DNA of 64,000 nucleotides from an uncultured Eubacteriales bacterium (GCA_902797445.1 CADBTC010000177.1:5684-69683), one strand, 5' to 3'; counted from the stretch's first letter, positions 29,363-39,440 are shown. Notes: generated by a model from the letters alone, not told the origin. Numbers and translations are program-made.

Positions 29363-30652
29363 TTAATTCCCCTGCAGATATTCATAGTATCCCTGCTGCA
29401 GGCTGGTCAGCAGTTCATCGTGATCCCCACCGGCGGCATACTGTTCGTTCCGCTCCTGGATATCGCCCTCCCGCATAGGGGGGACACAGTAGGGACAGGC
29501 CTTCAGCTTGTTATAGGGTGCCTGCTCCAACTCCCCATAGGTAAAGGGCTGGAAGGTGATGCTCTTCGCCATGTAGCAGAACGTCCCCTTATGATAATAG
29601 CTGCCCTTGTTGGGATTGTAATAAACGAGGGTATCATCGTCCGGAACCGGAATCTGCCGCCCCTGCCAGTCTTCCCAGATCACGAATTTAACCTTGCTCT
29701 GGCTTTTCAGCTGCTTCCAGATCCAGCTCATGTTGATGCCTTCCGGAGTTCTATACCGCTGAACCCGGATACATCCGTGGCTGCACTTGGTTCCCAGCTT
29801 ATACTCGGTGGAACTGTAGTTCTCTGTTCCGTCCGCGTTCTTGACATGGGGCACTTCGTGCATCATGTCCCCGGCATTAAAGCGAATCGCCATATCGCAG
29901 TACAGCCGGTCGCTGATCAGGGTCCCGACCTTGTTCATCAGCAGAAATTCCCCGCTGCGGGTCTCGTTATAGGGCTGATATTTCGATCCGTTCCACTGCA
30001 CCAGCCCCGTGGACACCAGCAGCGTGCTGAGCAGCTTCCCCTCCTGAAAGATGTACATTCTCTGTGTCAGCTTATCCACCACAATTCCCATGTCCGGGTT
30101 GGGCTCCACCTGCTTCAGATACTTCGTAGGGATGTACCCGCTGACCAGAAGGTTCCAGGCTTCCACCTTCGTCGCGTGAAAGGAGCTGGAATAGCATTCT
30201 ACCAGGGACCATCCGTCGTCCCGGGTTTCTATGACCCGCACACCCTGGCTTTCACAGGTCACGACCCCGACCTTCAGGCTGTCCTCATCCGGCTCCCGGT
30301 ACAGGTAAGTCTGTTCCTTCTCTCCGCTGTTCTTCCCGATGTCCACCACCGTAACGGGCGCCATCAGCATCTCCCATACGGCAGCCTCGTCGGTAATGTC
30401 CATGGGAAGGGTCCAGTAGCCGTTCTCCCCTTCCCGGGCGGGATAGGCGCTCCCCCGTGAGGGGATGAAAGCGTCATCGGAAACAGGGGAGGATGCCTCT
30501 TCCGGCCCGGGCGTTTCCAAGGGCACTTCCCGGCCGTTATCGTCCAGCAGCACGTCCTCCACGATTTCCTCAACCCACAGTTCTTCTTCCTCCGCCGCGG
30601 CAGCCGAAAAAGCCAGCACCGCCGCGGCCAGAAAAGCCAGGATTCTCTTCAT
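29363..30652 (-). CDS. secreted L,D-transpeptidase (YkuD) with SH3-like and C-terminal His/Cys metal-binding domains
   Basis: Signal peptide; IVVDKLTQRMY..VSTG; HEVPH...SHGCIRV catalytic motif; YH...C...CPYC tail. Confidence 0.85.
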   Translation of the reverse strand: MKRILAFLAAAVLAFSAAAAEEEELWVEEIVEDVLLDDNGREVPLETPGPEEASSPVSDDAFIPSRGSAYPAREGENGYWTLPMDITDEAAVWEMLMAPVTVVDIGKNSGEKEQTYLYREPDEDSLKVGVVTCESQGVRVIETRDDGWSLVECYSSSFHATKVEAWNLLVSGYIPTKYLKQVEPNPDMGIVVDKLTQRMYIFQEGKLLSTLLVSTGLVQWNGSKYQPYNETRSGEFLLMNKVGTLISDRLYCDMAIRFNAGDMMHEVPHVKNADGTENYSSTEYKLGTKCSHGCIRVQRYRTPEGINMSWIWKQLKSQSKVKFVIWEDWQGRQIPVPDDDTLVYYNPNKGSYYHKGTFCYMAKSITFQPFTYGELEQAPYNKLKACPYCVPPMREGDIQERNEQYAAGGDHDELLTSLQQGYYEYLQGN

Positions 30653-30838
30653 TATTTGGTTCTTCTCCCCTATCATCATCCGTTTCTCCGGTCCGGTTTC
30701 TCCCGGAGCCTTTACATACCGTTCTCATCCGTCTGCCGGATCAATCGGCCCTCCATCTTCCATCTCTTGCTGCGAAATCCCCCGGATCCCTGGTGAGGAA
30801 ATTCCCTGTTGTCTCCAGCTTTCTCCGAAGTGCTCCCC

Positions 30839-30867
30839 ATTATATCCCAAATTCTTCTTCCCTGCAA
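30839..30867 (-). promoter_or_regulatory. sigma-A promoter for the L,D-transpeptidase
   Basis: TTGCAG-17bp-TATAAT on - strand. Confidence 0.65.
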
Positions 30868-30988
30868 CCTGCACGGATACTCATTCGCAACCCGACTGTC
30901 TGAACAGGGCCGCCACCAAACTGATTCAAAGGGCTTTGTGCCGCTTCCGATTCGCTTCTAAAATCGTTTACCGACTGTTTCCGGGCGT

Positions 30989-31018
30989 AAAAAAAACGCC
31001 GGACCTTTCAGTCCGGCG
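30989..31018 (-). terminator. intrinsic terminator
   Basis: CGCCGGAC/GTCCGGCG stem + T8 on - strand just after the stop at 31030. Confidence 0.85.
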
Positions 31019-31029
31019 AAAAGGAAGGC

Positions 31030-32109
31030 TTATTCGTAGCTGACAACCGTGTACTGGTCTCCGATCACCAGGAAGGTCTTGCCACGCTGGAGCTTGATCT
31101 CCTCCCCGTTCTGGTCCAGCAGCACCAGCCGTGCCAGGCGGCCCCGGCGGTACCAGTATCCGGAGATGTGCTTCCCGTTCATGAAGACGTCCGCTTCCCC
31201 GTAGTAACGCAGGTGATCCTCATAATAGGGATAATAGCCGATCCAGTTGATCTTGCTGCGCATGACCACCACGTTGGCAAAGGGAACGGCTTCCCCGGTA
31301 TTCCGGTCCGTGTAAATCCCTGTGCTGGAATCCCGCAGATACCCGGTCCCCTCCGTGTAAGCGAAGGAGCAGGCGCTGGGCACGCTGGGCTCCAGGGTTT
31401 CCTCGCATCCGTAGAACTGCATGTCGATTTTCGCCGCGTCGTCCCCTCTGGTTTCCGGCTCATCCGCGAAAAGGAAATACCGCTTCTGGAACTTGACCTT
31501 CCGCTTGGCCAGGTGCTCATGCATTTCCTTTACATGGGCGCTCAGGTTCTGGGGCTCCGGCAGGAAGTCCACCCGCTCCCTGTATTTCCGGCCCAGCAGA
31601 TCGTAATACCGGATGGGCTTGTTAAAATCCCACTCATCCAGCCATCCGCCCACCATGATGTTCCATTCCGTGTTCGGCGGATACCCCACAAAGGCGAAGG
31701 CCGAATCAAACATGGCAGCAATGGGCAGCATGGTCATCCGCGCGGACCGGGCGCCGCCCGCCTGCTCCGGATAAGCGCTGCTGTACACGGCAAGCATACG
31801 GGTATCCCCGTCCCGGCGCAGGGGCACCTGCACAATCCAGTCCGCCTCCGCCACGCCCCAGTGTGGGAAAACTTCCGGCGAATCGTCCAGCACCAGGACG
31901 ATAGGGGTATATTTCTCCTCTCCGGCAGGCAGACCCGTCAGCGGATTTTCCCCCTCCACCTCAGGGTTCAGCCTCGGAATAGAAGCATACATTTCCTCCG
32001 GCAGCTCCAGCTCCATATTCGGCTGGATGACCGTAGGCTCTGCCATCGTGGCCGCCGCGCATCCCCAAACCAGCAGAAGCATCAAAAACCATGCTCCGAT
32101 CTTCCTCAT
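31030..32109 (-). CDS. DUF3048-family secreted protein
   Basis: NPLTGLP, HWGVAEAD, TRMLAVY, ARSAR, NVVV, L.RGKT motifs; signal peptide. Confidence 0.8.
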   Translation of the reverse strand: MRKIGAWFLMLLLVWGCAAATMAEPTVIQPNMELELPEEMYASIPRLNPEVEGENPLTGLPAGEEKYTPIVLVLDDSPEVFPHWGVAEADWIVQVPLRRDGDTRMLAVYSSAYPEQAGGARSARMTMLPIAAMFDSAFAFVGYPPNTEWNIMVGGWLDEWDFNKPIRYYDLLGRKYRERVDFLPEPQNLSAHVKEMHEHLAKRKVKFQKRYFLFADEPETRGDDAAKIDMQFYGCEETLEPSVPSACSFAYTEGTGYLRDSSTGIYTDRNTGEAVPFANVVVMRSKINWIGYYPYYEDHLRYYGEADVFMNGKHISGYWYRRGRLARLVLLDQNGEEIKLQRGKTFLVIGDQYTVVSYE

Positions 32110-32391
32110 GGTATCCTCCTCCCTGTTCCGCGGGCCGTTTTCCGCCGGCCCTCCTCCTGTTCCACCGTTCGCACATACCCCGCCCAAAGGCCGCAGGCTC
32201 TGAAATAATTAAGTTATTCTATCATATCTTTTCCAAAAAATACAGTCTTTTTTTTGACCAGATCCGGGGCAGCGCCTTTTCCCTTTACATGTCCCGCCTT
32301 TTTTCAGATTTCTGACAGGCTTGCCCCTTCAGACTCGCTGTCTCTCCCTTTTGCAGGCACCGTGTCCACCCCTCTGACGTCTCTTCGGCCG

Positions 32392-32420
32392 TTGACGCAA
32401 AAGGGGGCCCGTGATAAAAT
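32392..32420 (+). promoter_or_regulatory. sigma-A promoter (extended -10)
   Basis: TTGACG-17bp-(TGn)TAAAAT. Confidence 0.7.
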
Positions 32421-32451
32421 ATTCACAGATCGGTCCGTGGAGGAAGGAAGA

Positions 32452-34017
32452 ATGAAAAGGATTTGCGGGTACAAATGGATTGCTGTCTTTGCGGTACTGC
32501 TGATGGTGTGGGCCTCTGGGCTGGCCATGGCGGAGGACCGCCCCGTCAACCCCAACCGACAAAAGATGCTGGAAACGGATCAGAAAATTGAAGCGCTGAT
32601 TCGAGAACTTTCCGCCACAGAAGCGGAGAAAGATGAGGCGCATCCGAACGCGAATGCCGATCGGATCTGGACGTATAACGCGAAGCTGACCCGCGCCTCA
32701 GAGGCCGTCCAGTACGGCAAAAACGGCTGGTATGTCGAGGTGCTGGGGCAGCATAACGCTTCCCAGGTCACGCAGATGACCGTCGGACTCTATATGAAAG
32801 ACTGGTGCGACGATTACACCCATGTGTACTGGTATCGGGTTCCCTATTTCCAAAGCTACGTGCAGTCCTGCCAGTATATGACCGCCGGTTATTACACCAT
32901 GGAAGTCTGGCTGGATTTTTCCGACGGTACATACGGATTCTGCAATGATGTATTCTATGTTTCGGGCACCGATACGCTGAATCAGAAAATCAACGAAGTG
33001 GTCAGCGCCTGCCGGGTCGCATCGGACTGGGATACCGCGCTGAATCTGCACGACTGGCTGATAAATCATGTTTACTACGACCCGGATCTGCTTTACTACG
33101 GACCGGACATGATTCTTCGGGGCTACGGCGTCTGCGACGGATACAGCAAAGCCTACCATATGCTCTGCCGCAGAGCGGGGATCCAGGTCTATCGGGTCAC
33201 CAACGGCGGTCATGCGTGGAACGCGATCGCGCTGGATGGCCACTGGTATTACGTGGACTGCACCTGGGATGATCCGTTAACCGATGATCGGAAGCCTGTC
33301 AGCGGTTATGAAGGGCACACCTATTTTTGCCTTAATGAGGCGCTGATGCGGCTCGATCACCCCGCTCCCTTTGAGTGGGCGTACGGCAGCAAACTCGAAT
33401 GCTGGGCCTTGTATGCCAATTATGACATTCATACCGGCAACTGGATGAAATGGGGGCCTGATTACAGCTCCGGCAATATAAGAACCTTTCAGCAGGCAGT
33501 GTTGGATCATCTTTACGAGGGCGAATCCGTGTGGACAACCACGAATGACTATATTTACTGGAAAGAATCCAGTAAGATTTGCGTAGGCTATATGGATGAA
33601 CGGACCTGCGGTCTGATTGCCTGGGGACTGAACAATCAGTATCTTCCTTCTCCTGACGGCGGCCTGCTTATGTCCGCCTCCTATACCTCGTCCTCCGTGA
33701 CTGTAAAGTTCCGCGGTTGGCAGCTGGACAACCCCGGCACCCTGAAGCTTCCGGCGCAGCTGAAATCCGTTCCGGACGATGCTTTCTACAAAACGCGTGC
33801 CAGCATTATCGTGATCCCCGAGGGATGCACCTCCATCGGCCAGCGGGCCTTTGCTTACAGCTCTGTGCGGACCGTGTATATCCCGAATTCCGTAACCAGC
33901 ATCGCCTCCAATGCCTTTACCGGCAGCAGCGGGCGCATCCTGTTTATTACGGATAACCCCTATGCCATTCAGTACGCCAGAAATACTTCGCGAAATTACC
34001 TGGTCGCCGCACCCTGA
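32452..34017 (+). CDS. secreted transglutaminase-like protein with C-terminal BspA-type leucine-rich repeats
   Basis: GVCDGYS (Cys), HAWN (His), VDCTWDD (Asp); IP.G.TSIG..AF / IPNSVTSI..AF repeats; signal peptide. Confidence 0.85.
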   Translation: MKRICGYKWIAVFAVLLMVWASGLAMAEDRPVNPNRQKMLETDQKIEALIRELSATEAEKDEAHPNANADRIWTYNAKLTRASEAVQYGKNGWYVEVLGQHNASQVTQMTVGLYMKDWCDDYTHVYWYRVPYFQSYVQSCQYMTAGYYTMEVWLDFSDGTYGFCNDVFYVSGTDTLNQKINEVVSACRVASDWDTALNLHDWLINHVYYDPDLLYYGPDMILRGYGVCDGYSKAYHMLCRRAGIQVYRVTNGGHAWNAIALDGHWYYVDCTWDDPLTDDRKPVSGYEGHTYFCLNEALMRLDHPAPFEWAYGSKLECWALYANYDIHTGNWMKWGPDYSSGNIRTFQQAVLDHLYEGESVWTTTNDYIYWKESSKICVGYMDERTCGLIAWGLNNQYLPSPDGGLLMSASYTSSSVTVKFRGWQLDNPGTLKLPAQLKSVPDDAFYKTRASIIVIPEGCTSIGQRAFAYSSVRTVYIPNSVTSIASNAFTGSSGRILFITDNPYAIQYARNTSRNYLVAAP

Positions 34018-34142
34018 GGCGGACACTTCTTTATTGCAAGGCCCGCCGGGCGTCGGACGTTTCCGGCAGGCTGATCCGTTTTCAGGGATTTCGTTTCTCA
34101 TCCGATCTGCATCACCGTTTATTATGGCAGGAGTGAACAAAC

Positions 34143-35759
34143 ATGAAACTGACCTTTCTTGGCGCGAATCATGAAGTCACCGGCAGCCGGACCCTGCTGG
34201 AGTGGAATGAGGGCCGGTACCTTCTGGTGGACGAAGGGATGACCCAGGGGGACGATACCTATGTGAATTCGGAGCTCCCCGTTTCTCCGTCTCAGATTGA
34301 AATGGTTCTCCTGACCCATGCCCATATTGACCATTCCGGCATGCTGCCCCTGCTGGTGCGGCAGGGCTTCCAGGGAAGGATATATGCCACGGCGGAAACC
34401 ATGAACCTCTGCGCCATTATGCTGGCCGACAGCGCCTCCATTCAGGAAAAGGATGCGGAATACCAGACAAAAAAGAATCTGCGGGTCGGCAAAGAAGCCG
34501 TAGAGCCCCTCTATACCGCCGAAGACGTGCAAAAAGCCATGCAGCTTTTCCGTCCATGCGCATATAATCAAATCATCCAGGCGGATGAAGGGCTGGCCAT
34601 CCGATTTACCGACGCAGGGCATCTGCTGGGTTCCTCCTCCATCGAATGCTTCCTTTCTGAAGGGGGAAAGCAGGTGAAGATGGTCTTCAGCGGGGATGTA
34701 GGAAATACCGACCAGCCCATCATCCGGGATCCCTCTCCGGTGGACGGGGCGGACTATGTGATGATCGAATCCACCTATGGGGACCGGCTTCACGACCGAA
34801 CCCGGGACCCCATCCCATATTTGGTGGAAACCCTTGAAACGACCTTCGCCCGGGGCGGTTCCGTCATCATTCCCTCCTTCGCTGTCGGCCGGGCTCAGGA
34901 ACTGTTGTATTTCTTCCGGGAAATCAAAATGCGGAATCTGCTGCCGGATTTTCCGGATTTTCCGGTCTATCTGGACAGTCCCCTGGCTAATGAAGCCACC
35001 GCGGTTTTCCTCCAGTGCAGTGTGGACTGCCTGGACGACAACGCCCGGGCTATTATGCGGGAGGGAGAAAATCCAATCTGGTTCGAAGGCTTGAAAACCA
35101 CCGTCTCCGCAGAGGAATCCAAAGCACTGAATGAAAACAGCGAACCGAAGGTCATTATCGCCTCCGGCGGCATGTGCGAGGGCGGCCGCATCCGCCACCA
35201 TCTGAAGCATAATATCTGGGACGGGAGAAATACAATCCTCTTCGTTGGATACCAGGCCAACGGCACGCTGGGCCGCATTATTTACGACGGCATCAAGCAT
35301 GTCAAAATTTTGGGGGAAGAAATCGAAGTCAAAGCGGAAATCCGGCTTCTGAACGGCGTCTCCGGCCACGCGGATCAGGCGGGGCTGCTGCGGTGGGTGG
35401 AGGAAATGAAAACAAAGCCCCGGCGGATTTTTGTGAATCACGGGGAGGATGAGAGCTGCGAGACCCTCGCCCGTTTGCTGACAGAGCAGTTCGGGATGCC
35501 GGCCGACTGCCCTTTCTCCGGCTCCAGCTTTGATCTGCTGAAGGGGGAATGGATCCGTCTGGCAGCGCCTGTATACAAGGAAAAGCCCCGGCCTGCCGCA
35601 CAAACAAAGCAGCGCTCCTCCGCAAATCAGGATTATCTGCGCCTGGTGGCTGCCGCCGAAGCCCTCCTGGAACAGGCAAAATCCATGCAGAACCATGCAA
35701 ATGGGGATATCCGCAAGCTGACCCGTCAAATCCAGTCCCTCATGGGGGGACAGTGGTAA
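34143..35759 (+). CDS. MBL-fold beta-CASP ribonuclease
   Basis: FLGA..EVTGS, THAHIDH, AGHLLGS, SGD.G, ESTYG, SGHAD, NHGE. Confidence 0.92.
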   Translation: MKLTFLGANHEVTGSRTLLEWNEGRYLLVDEGMTQGDDTYVNSELPVSPSQIEMVLLTHAHIDHSGMLPLLVRQGFQGRIYATAETMNLCAIMLADSASIQEKDAEYQTKKNLRVGKEAVEPLYTAEDVQKAMQLFRPCAYNQIIQADEGLAIRFTDAGHLLGSSSIECFLSEGGKQVKMVFSGDVGNTDQPIIRDPSPVDGADYVMIESTYGDRLHDRTRDPIPYLVETLETTFARGGSVIIPSFAVGRAQELLYFFREIKMRNLLPDFPDFPVYLDSPLANEATAVFLQCSVDCLDDNARAIMREGENPIWFEGLKTTVSAEESKALNENSEPKVIIASGGMCEGGRIRHHLKHNIWDGRNTILFVGYQANGTLGRIIYDGIKHVKILGEEIEVKAEIRLLNGVSGHADQAGLLRWVEEMKTKPRRIFVNHGEDESCETLARLLTEQFGMPADCPFSGSSFDLLKGEWIRLAAPVYKEKPRPAAQTKQRSSANQDYLRLVAAAEALLEQAKSMQNHANGDIRKLTRQIQSLMGGQW

Positions 35760-35770
35760 CCTTTTTCCGT

Positions 35771-35808
35771 ACAGGAAAGGGGAGCGCTTTCGCGCTCCCC
35801 TTTCCTGT
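35771..35808. terminator. strong hairpin between convergent genes
   Basis: ACAGGAAAGGGGAGCG / CGCTCCCCTTTCCTGT perfect 16-bp inverted repeat. Confidence 0.8.
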
Positions 35809-35819
35809 TGGGATATTCT

Positions 35820-36932
35820 TTACTGCCACGGCACATAGAACCGCCGCACCTGGGTCAGCTCGCCCGCATCGTCAAAAGTGATCTCGGTATTCTCCGTCGC
35901 GAAGCCGGGATCCGTTTCCGCGTCTCCGCTGAGCATGGCGATAAATTCCGCCGCCGTATGGGTGACAGGGGTCTCCAGCATATCGCCGGTTTCGGGATCG
36001 ATCTCGTCCACGAAGACCGCTGTATCCGGGACCTTCACCGTAATTTCCGCCAGGGTCTCCATGTATTCCGCTTCGTACATGTACATCCGGACGACGTCCC
36101 CATCCGGCCGCAGCTCCACTTCGTCGTTAATCAGCACACCGCCTTCATCATAGGTCTCGATGGTCTCGATCAGGATGCTCTGCTCGCCGGCGATCAGGGT
36201 GTCGCCCACCTTCAGGTCAGTCAGCACGCCGGGATCCAGGGTAACAGGCTCCCGCAGAACCGCCTTCATCGTGCCTGCTTCCTCGTCATATTCGCTCAGG
36301 TTGGCCACAAAGGTCTTCCCGGCCACATTCACCTGGTTTCCGGCGGCCGCGCCGACCGGCACGAAGTCCAGGTCCGTCAGGAAGGTGATGCACATCCGCA
36401 GCTGATCCTCCGTCAGCGTTTTGTCTGCCGCACCCTGGCCGGGCACCAGGACAAATTCGATAAAGTATCCCTGATAGATGCTCAGGAAATCAATGTAGTT
36501 AAACTTGTCCGGATCCGTCTGCTTGGCAATCATCAGCCGGGTGCCCAGGCCTGTTTCCCCTTCGGAAATTTCCACCGTCGGGTCCGTTGCCGTAAAGGTG
36601 CTCTCCAGCAGCGCCATGGCTTCATCGTCCAGATCGTTCATCCGCATGACATCGGAATACGTTTCGTCAAAGGCCACGCTCAGCTGCATGACAGGGGCTT
36701 CCGGATCGTTGGAGATGATCGCTGCCTGGATCAACTCGCTGCTGATCTTGATGGGCTGCACCCGGTAGCCTTCCGGCAGGCCGCAGACCAGGTTGAACGC
36801 GCCGTTAATGCTGATGGTTCCAAGGGACACCTTGCCCGGATCCGCCACCATATCGTCCGTTATCGCCGTTTCAGCTATGCCGCATCCCATCAGCAGCATC
36901 AGACTCATTAAAATCGCGAGCAGTTTTTTCAT
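35820..36932 (-). CDS. secreted acidic hypothetical protein
   Basis: Signal peptide (LMGC lipobox-like or GIA^E); AAAGGAGG RBS. Confidence 0.8.
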   Translation of the reverse strand: MKKLLAILMSLMLLMGCGIAETAITDDMVADPGKVSLGTISINGAFNLVCGLPEGYRVQPIKISSELIQAAIISNDPEAPVMQLSVAFDETYSDVMRMNDLDDEAMALLESTFTATDPTVEISEGETGLGTRLMIAKQTDPDKFNYIDFLSIYQGYFIEFVLVPGQGAADKTLTEDQLRMCITFLTDLDFVPVGAAAGNQVNVAGKTFVANLSEYDEEAGTMKAVLREPVTLDPGVLTDLKVGDTLIAGEQSILIETIETYDEGGVLINDEVELRPDGDVVRMYMYEAEYMETLAEITVKVPDTAVFVDEIDPETGDMLETPVTHTAAEFIAMLSGDAETDPGFATENTEITFDDAGELTQVRRFYVPWQ

Positions 36933-36961
36933 TTTCTCTGCCTCCTTTCGCCGTCTTCCTT

Positions 36962-37600
36962 TTATTCAGACACAAAGGTCTTGCTGATGAAGCCCACATC
37001 TCCGGTATCCTGATCTTCCACCTGCAGCCAGTTGTTGGTTTCCTTCAGCACCAGCAGCTGCGAGCCGGCCCCGTAGGTGGCCATAATGGTGGTCGTCATG
37101 CCGGGGGCCCAGTGCATGGGCACCCATCCGCTGGCCCGGCTTGGCCGCACGCTGATCTTATAGGGCGTCACCCGCTTGGCGCTGGCAAATTCCGCGTTCA
37201 TATCCGCCAGGGAATCCGTCGACACGGCTGTGGTCTGCGTTGTAGTCGCAGCGTTTGTCCCTGTCTTCTTCCGGGCGGCCGGCTTGTTCTTGACCAGGAA
37301 CCGGCTGGAAACATAGCAGGCATAGGTGCCTTTTCCAACGCCGGGCATGTCATAGGTGTAGTCGATCAGCGCCCAGCCGTTGCCCCCATCCTTATAGTAG
37401 CAATAGACCCGCTCGCCGTACTTCAGCAGACCAACTACCTTGCCGCCGGGCGTTTCCCGCACGTTCAGCGTCTTTCCGTTTTCCGTGTATACGTAGTAGT
37501 ACCCCGCATCCCCGGGTTCAATGTCCTCCCCAGCCAGCGCGGCGGTCATCCCCACTGTCGCCAGCAGCAGCGCCAGAATCAGACTCACAAGTTTCTTCAT
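36962..37600 (-). CDS. secreted tandem SH3b-domain protein
   Basis: LNVRETPG...GW..I.Y...YVSSRFL; second domain NNW.QV.D...GFISKTFV; Thr-rich linker. Confidence 0.82.
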   Translation of the reverse strand: MKKLVSLILALLLATVGMTAALAGEDIEPGDAGYYYVYTENGKTLNVRETPGGKVVGLLKYGERVYCYYKDGGNGWALIDYTYDMPGVGKGTYACYVSSRFLVKNKPAARKKTGTNAATTTQTTAVSTDSLADMNAEFASAKRVTPYKISVRPSRASGWVPMHWAPGMTTTIMATYGAGSQLLVLKETNNWLQVEDQDTGDVGFISKTFVSE

Positions 37601-37637
37601 CGTGCATTCTCCTCCTTTGATTGCTTCGGCTGCCCGC

Positions 37638-39440
37638 TCAAATGTGCACCGGGCACTTCATCGTCGGCTGATACCGCTGCCGGATGGTCTTGACCCAGTC
37701 CCCGTCAATCTGGAACTGTGTGATTTTCACCACATAGTTGGCGACGGTTAAGGAATCCGGCAGCTTAAAGTTGACGTACTTCCAACCGCTCTGCTTCGTG
37801 GAAGCCCCGGGCGCCAGCGTATTCTTATAAACCATCTTGAAGGTGCCGCTGCCGTCCTTACTGTTGCAGGAAACCTCGTTTCCGTCAATATCATACACGG
37901 TGACTTCCGCCGTAATGCTGGTGATGTGCAGGTCGCTGACGTTTTTGACCGTCAGCCGCTGGTCCGCACCCTCTACGTAGGCCTCCGTCAGTCGCAGGGC
38001 ATTGTCCCAGTCCCCGATCTTGACCAGCATCGTGGCCGTAAATCCGCCTTCCTCCGTGGTGGCCGTAATGGTGGTCTCTCCCCGGCTGACACCGGTAATC
38101 TTCGCCCGGTTCCCGGTTCCTTTTTTGTTGGCCGATGTAATCTTCGCAATCGAAGGATCGTCGCTGTGCCACAGGATGTTCTTATTGCTGGCGTTCTTCG
38201 GCTCCAGCTGCGCGCCGGTGGTGGCGGTTTCACCCCTGCTGATGTAAGCCACCCGGCGGGTCATATGCACGCCCGTCACATGCTGCAGGACCTTGATCTT
38301 AATCCGGGCCCGGCGGTTGGTTCCATCAGTGCTCATGGCGTTCACAAAGACATCCCCCGCCTTCAGGCCGTGGATCGTCCCGTCGTCGTCCACCGTCAGC
38401 ACGTTTTTGTTTCCGGAGGTCAGCTTCAGCGTCTGGTTGCTGGCGTTGGCCGGCTCCACGTTCCAGGTCAGCTTTGCGCTTTCCCCGGCATAGATCACCG
38501 GTGCGTCGCCGAAGGTGATCTTTTTGACCGGCTGCTGCACATGCACCAGGGTCCTGCCTTGCACTTCGCCGTTGGCTTTGCTGGTCGCGATGATTTCACA
38601 GTCGCCCAGGGCCACTCCTGTAACCCGGCCCTGCTGGTTGACGGTGGCGATGCGCTCATCCGAGGAGGACCAGGTCACCGTCTTGTTGCTGGCATCCTTC
38701 GGCAGAACCGTAGCTTTCAGCATCAGGGTCTTTCCGGCGCTGACCACGGCCTCTTCCTTGCTCATGGTAACGCTCTCGGCGTCCTGGGTCACATTGATGC
38801 TGATGCTGGATTTGGCATTGCTGCCGTCCGTGGCGGCGGCGGTGATACGGGTGGATCCCTTTTTCACACCGGTCACGACGCCATTTTCGTCCACCGCGGC
38901 AATCCGTTCGTCCCCGGAGGACCATTTCAGCGCGCCAATGGTGGCATTCGCCGGCGTCAGCGTTCCGGTCAGGTTCAGGGTCTGGCCCACAGCCACGCTC
39001 TTGCTGTCGGCGGCAATCTGAATGTGGTTCACCGGCTGAATCACCAGCACCAGGAACTGGGCCATGGCGCTGGGATCCTCGCTGCTGGCCAGCGTCAGCA
39101 CGGTCGCCCCGGCGGCAAGTCCGGTGATCCGCATATTGCTGACCTTCAGAACCTGATCGTTATCCGCCGAAACGGTGATCTTCTTATTCTTCACCGTCCG
39201 GGGAAGCACCGCCGCCCGCAGATCCGCGCTTTTCCTGACCTGAAGCAGCAGAACAGGCAGCTTCTCCGTCCTGCCTTCCGCGGCCAGGATGTCAGCCACC
39301 GCAGGATCCGCGGGATCCAGCACCGGCAGTCTCCCGGTGTTTACCTGAACCGAGATCCCGTTTCCTTCCGCACCCGCCGGCACAATGCCCGTAAAGAGCA
39401 CAGCCAGCGCCAGCGTCAGAAGAAGCAGCACCTTTTTCAT
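37638..39440 (-). CDS. secreted protein with about 5 bacterial Ig-like (Big_2) repeats and a C-terminal beta domain
   Basis: Repeats of P.NASNK.V.WSS.DE.IA.V...G.VTGV..G...I.A; signal peptide. Confidence 0.88.
   Translation of the reverse strand: MKKVLLLLTLALAVLFTGIVPAGAEGNGISVQVNTGRLPVLDPADPAVADILAAEGRTEKLPVLLLQVRKSADLRAAVLPRTVKNKKITVSADNDQVLKVSNMRITGLAAGATVLTLASSEDPSAMAQFLVLVIQPVNHIQIAADSKSVAVGQTLNLTGTLTPANATIGALKWSSGDERIAAVDENGVVTGVKKGSTRITAAATDGSNAKSSISINVTQDAESVTMSKEEAVVSAGKTLMLKATVLPKDASNKTVTWSSSDERIATVNQQGRVTGVALGDCEIIATSKANGEVQGRTLVHVQQPVKKITFGDAPVIYAGESAKLTWNVEPANASNQTLKLTSGNKNVLTVDDDGTIHGLKAGDVFVNAMSTDGTNRRARIKIKVLQHVTGVHMTRRVAYISRGETATTGAQLEPKNASNKNILWHSDDPSIAKITSANKKGTGNRAKITGVSRGETTITATTEEGGFTATMLVKIGDWDNALRLTEAYVEGADQRLTVKNVSDLHITSITAEVTVYDIDGNEVSCNSKDGSGTFKMVYKNTLAPGASTKQSGWKYVNFKLPDSLTVANYVVKITQFQIDGDWVKTIRQRYQPTMKCPVHI

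Noticed and set aside
32112-32164. CCTCCTCC(C)TGTTCC direct repeat upstream of the DUF3048 gene
   Set aside because: Most simply a short local duplication of the RBS region, with no other evidence of function.
37900-39250. Repetitive sequence as CRISPR array or DGR
   Set aside because: Repeats are degenerate ~80-codon Ig domains; no spacers, cas genes or reverse transcriptase.
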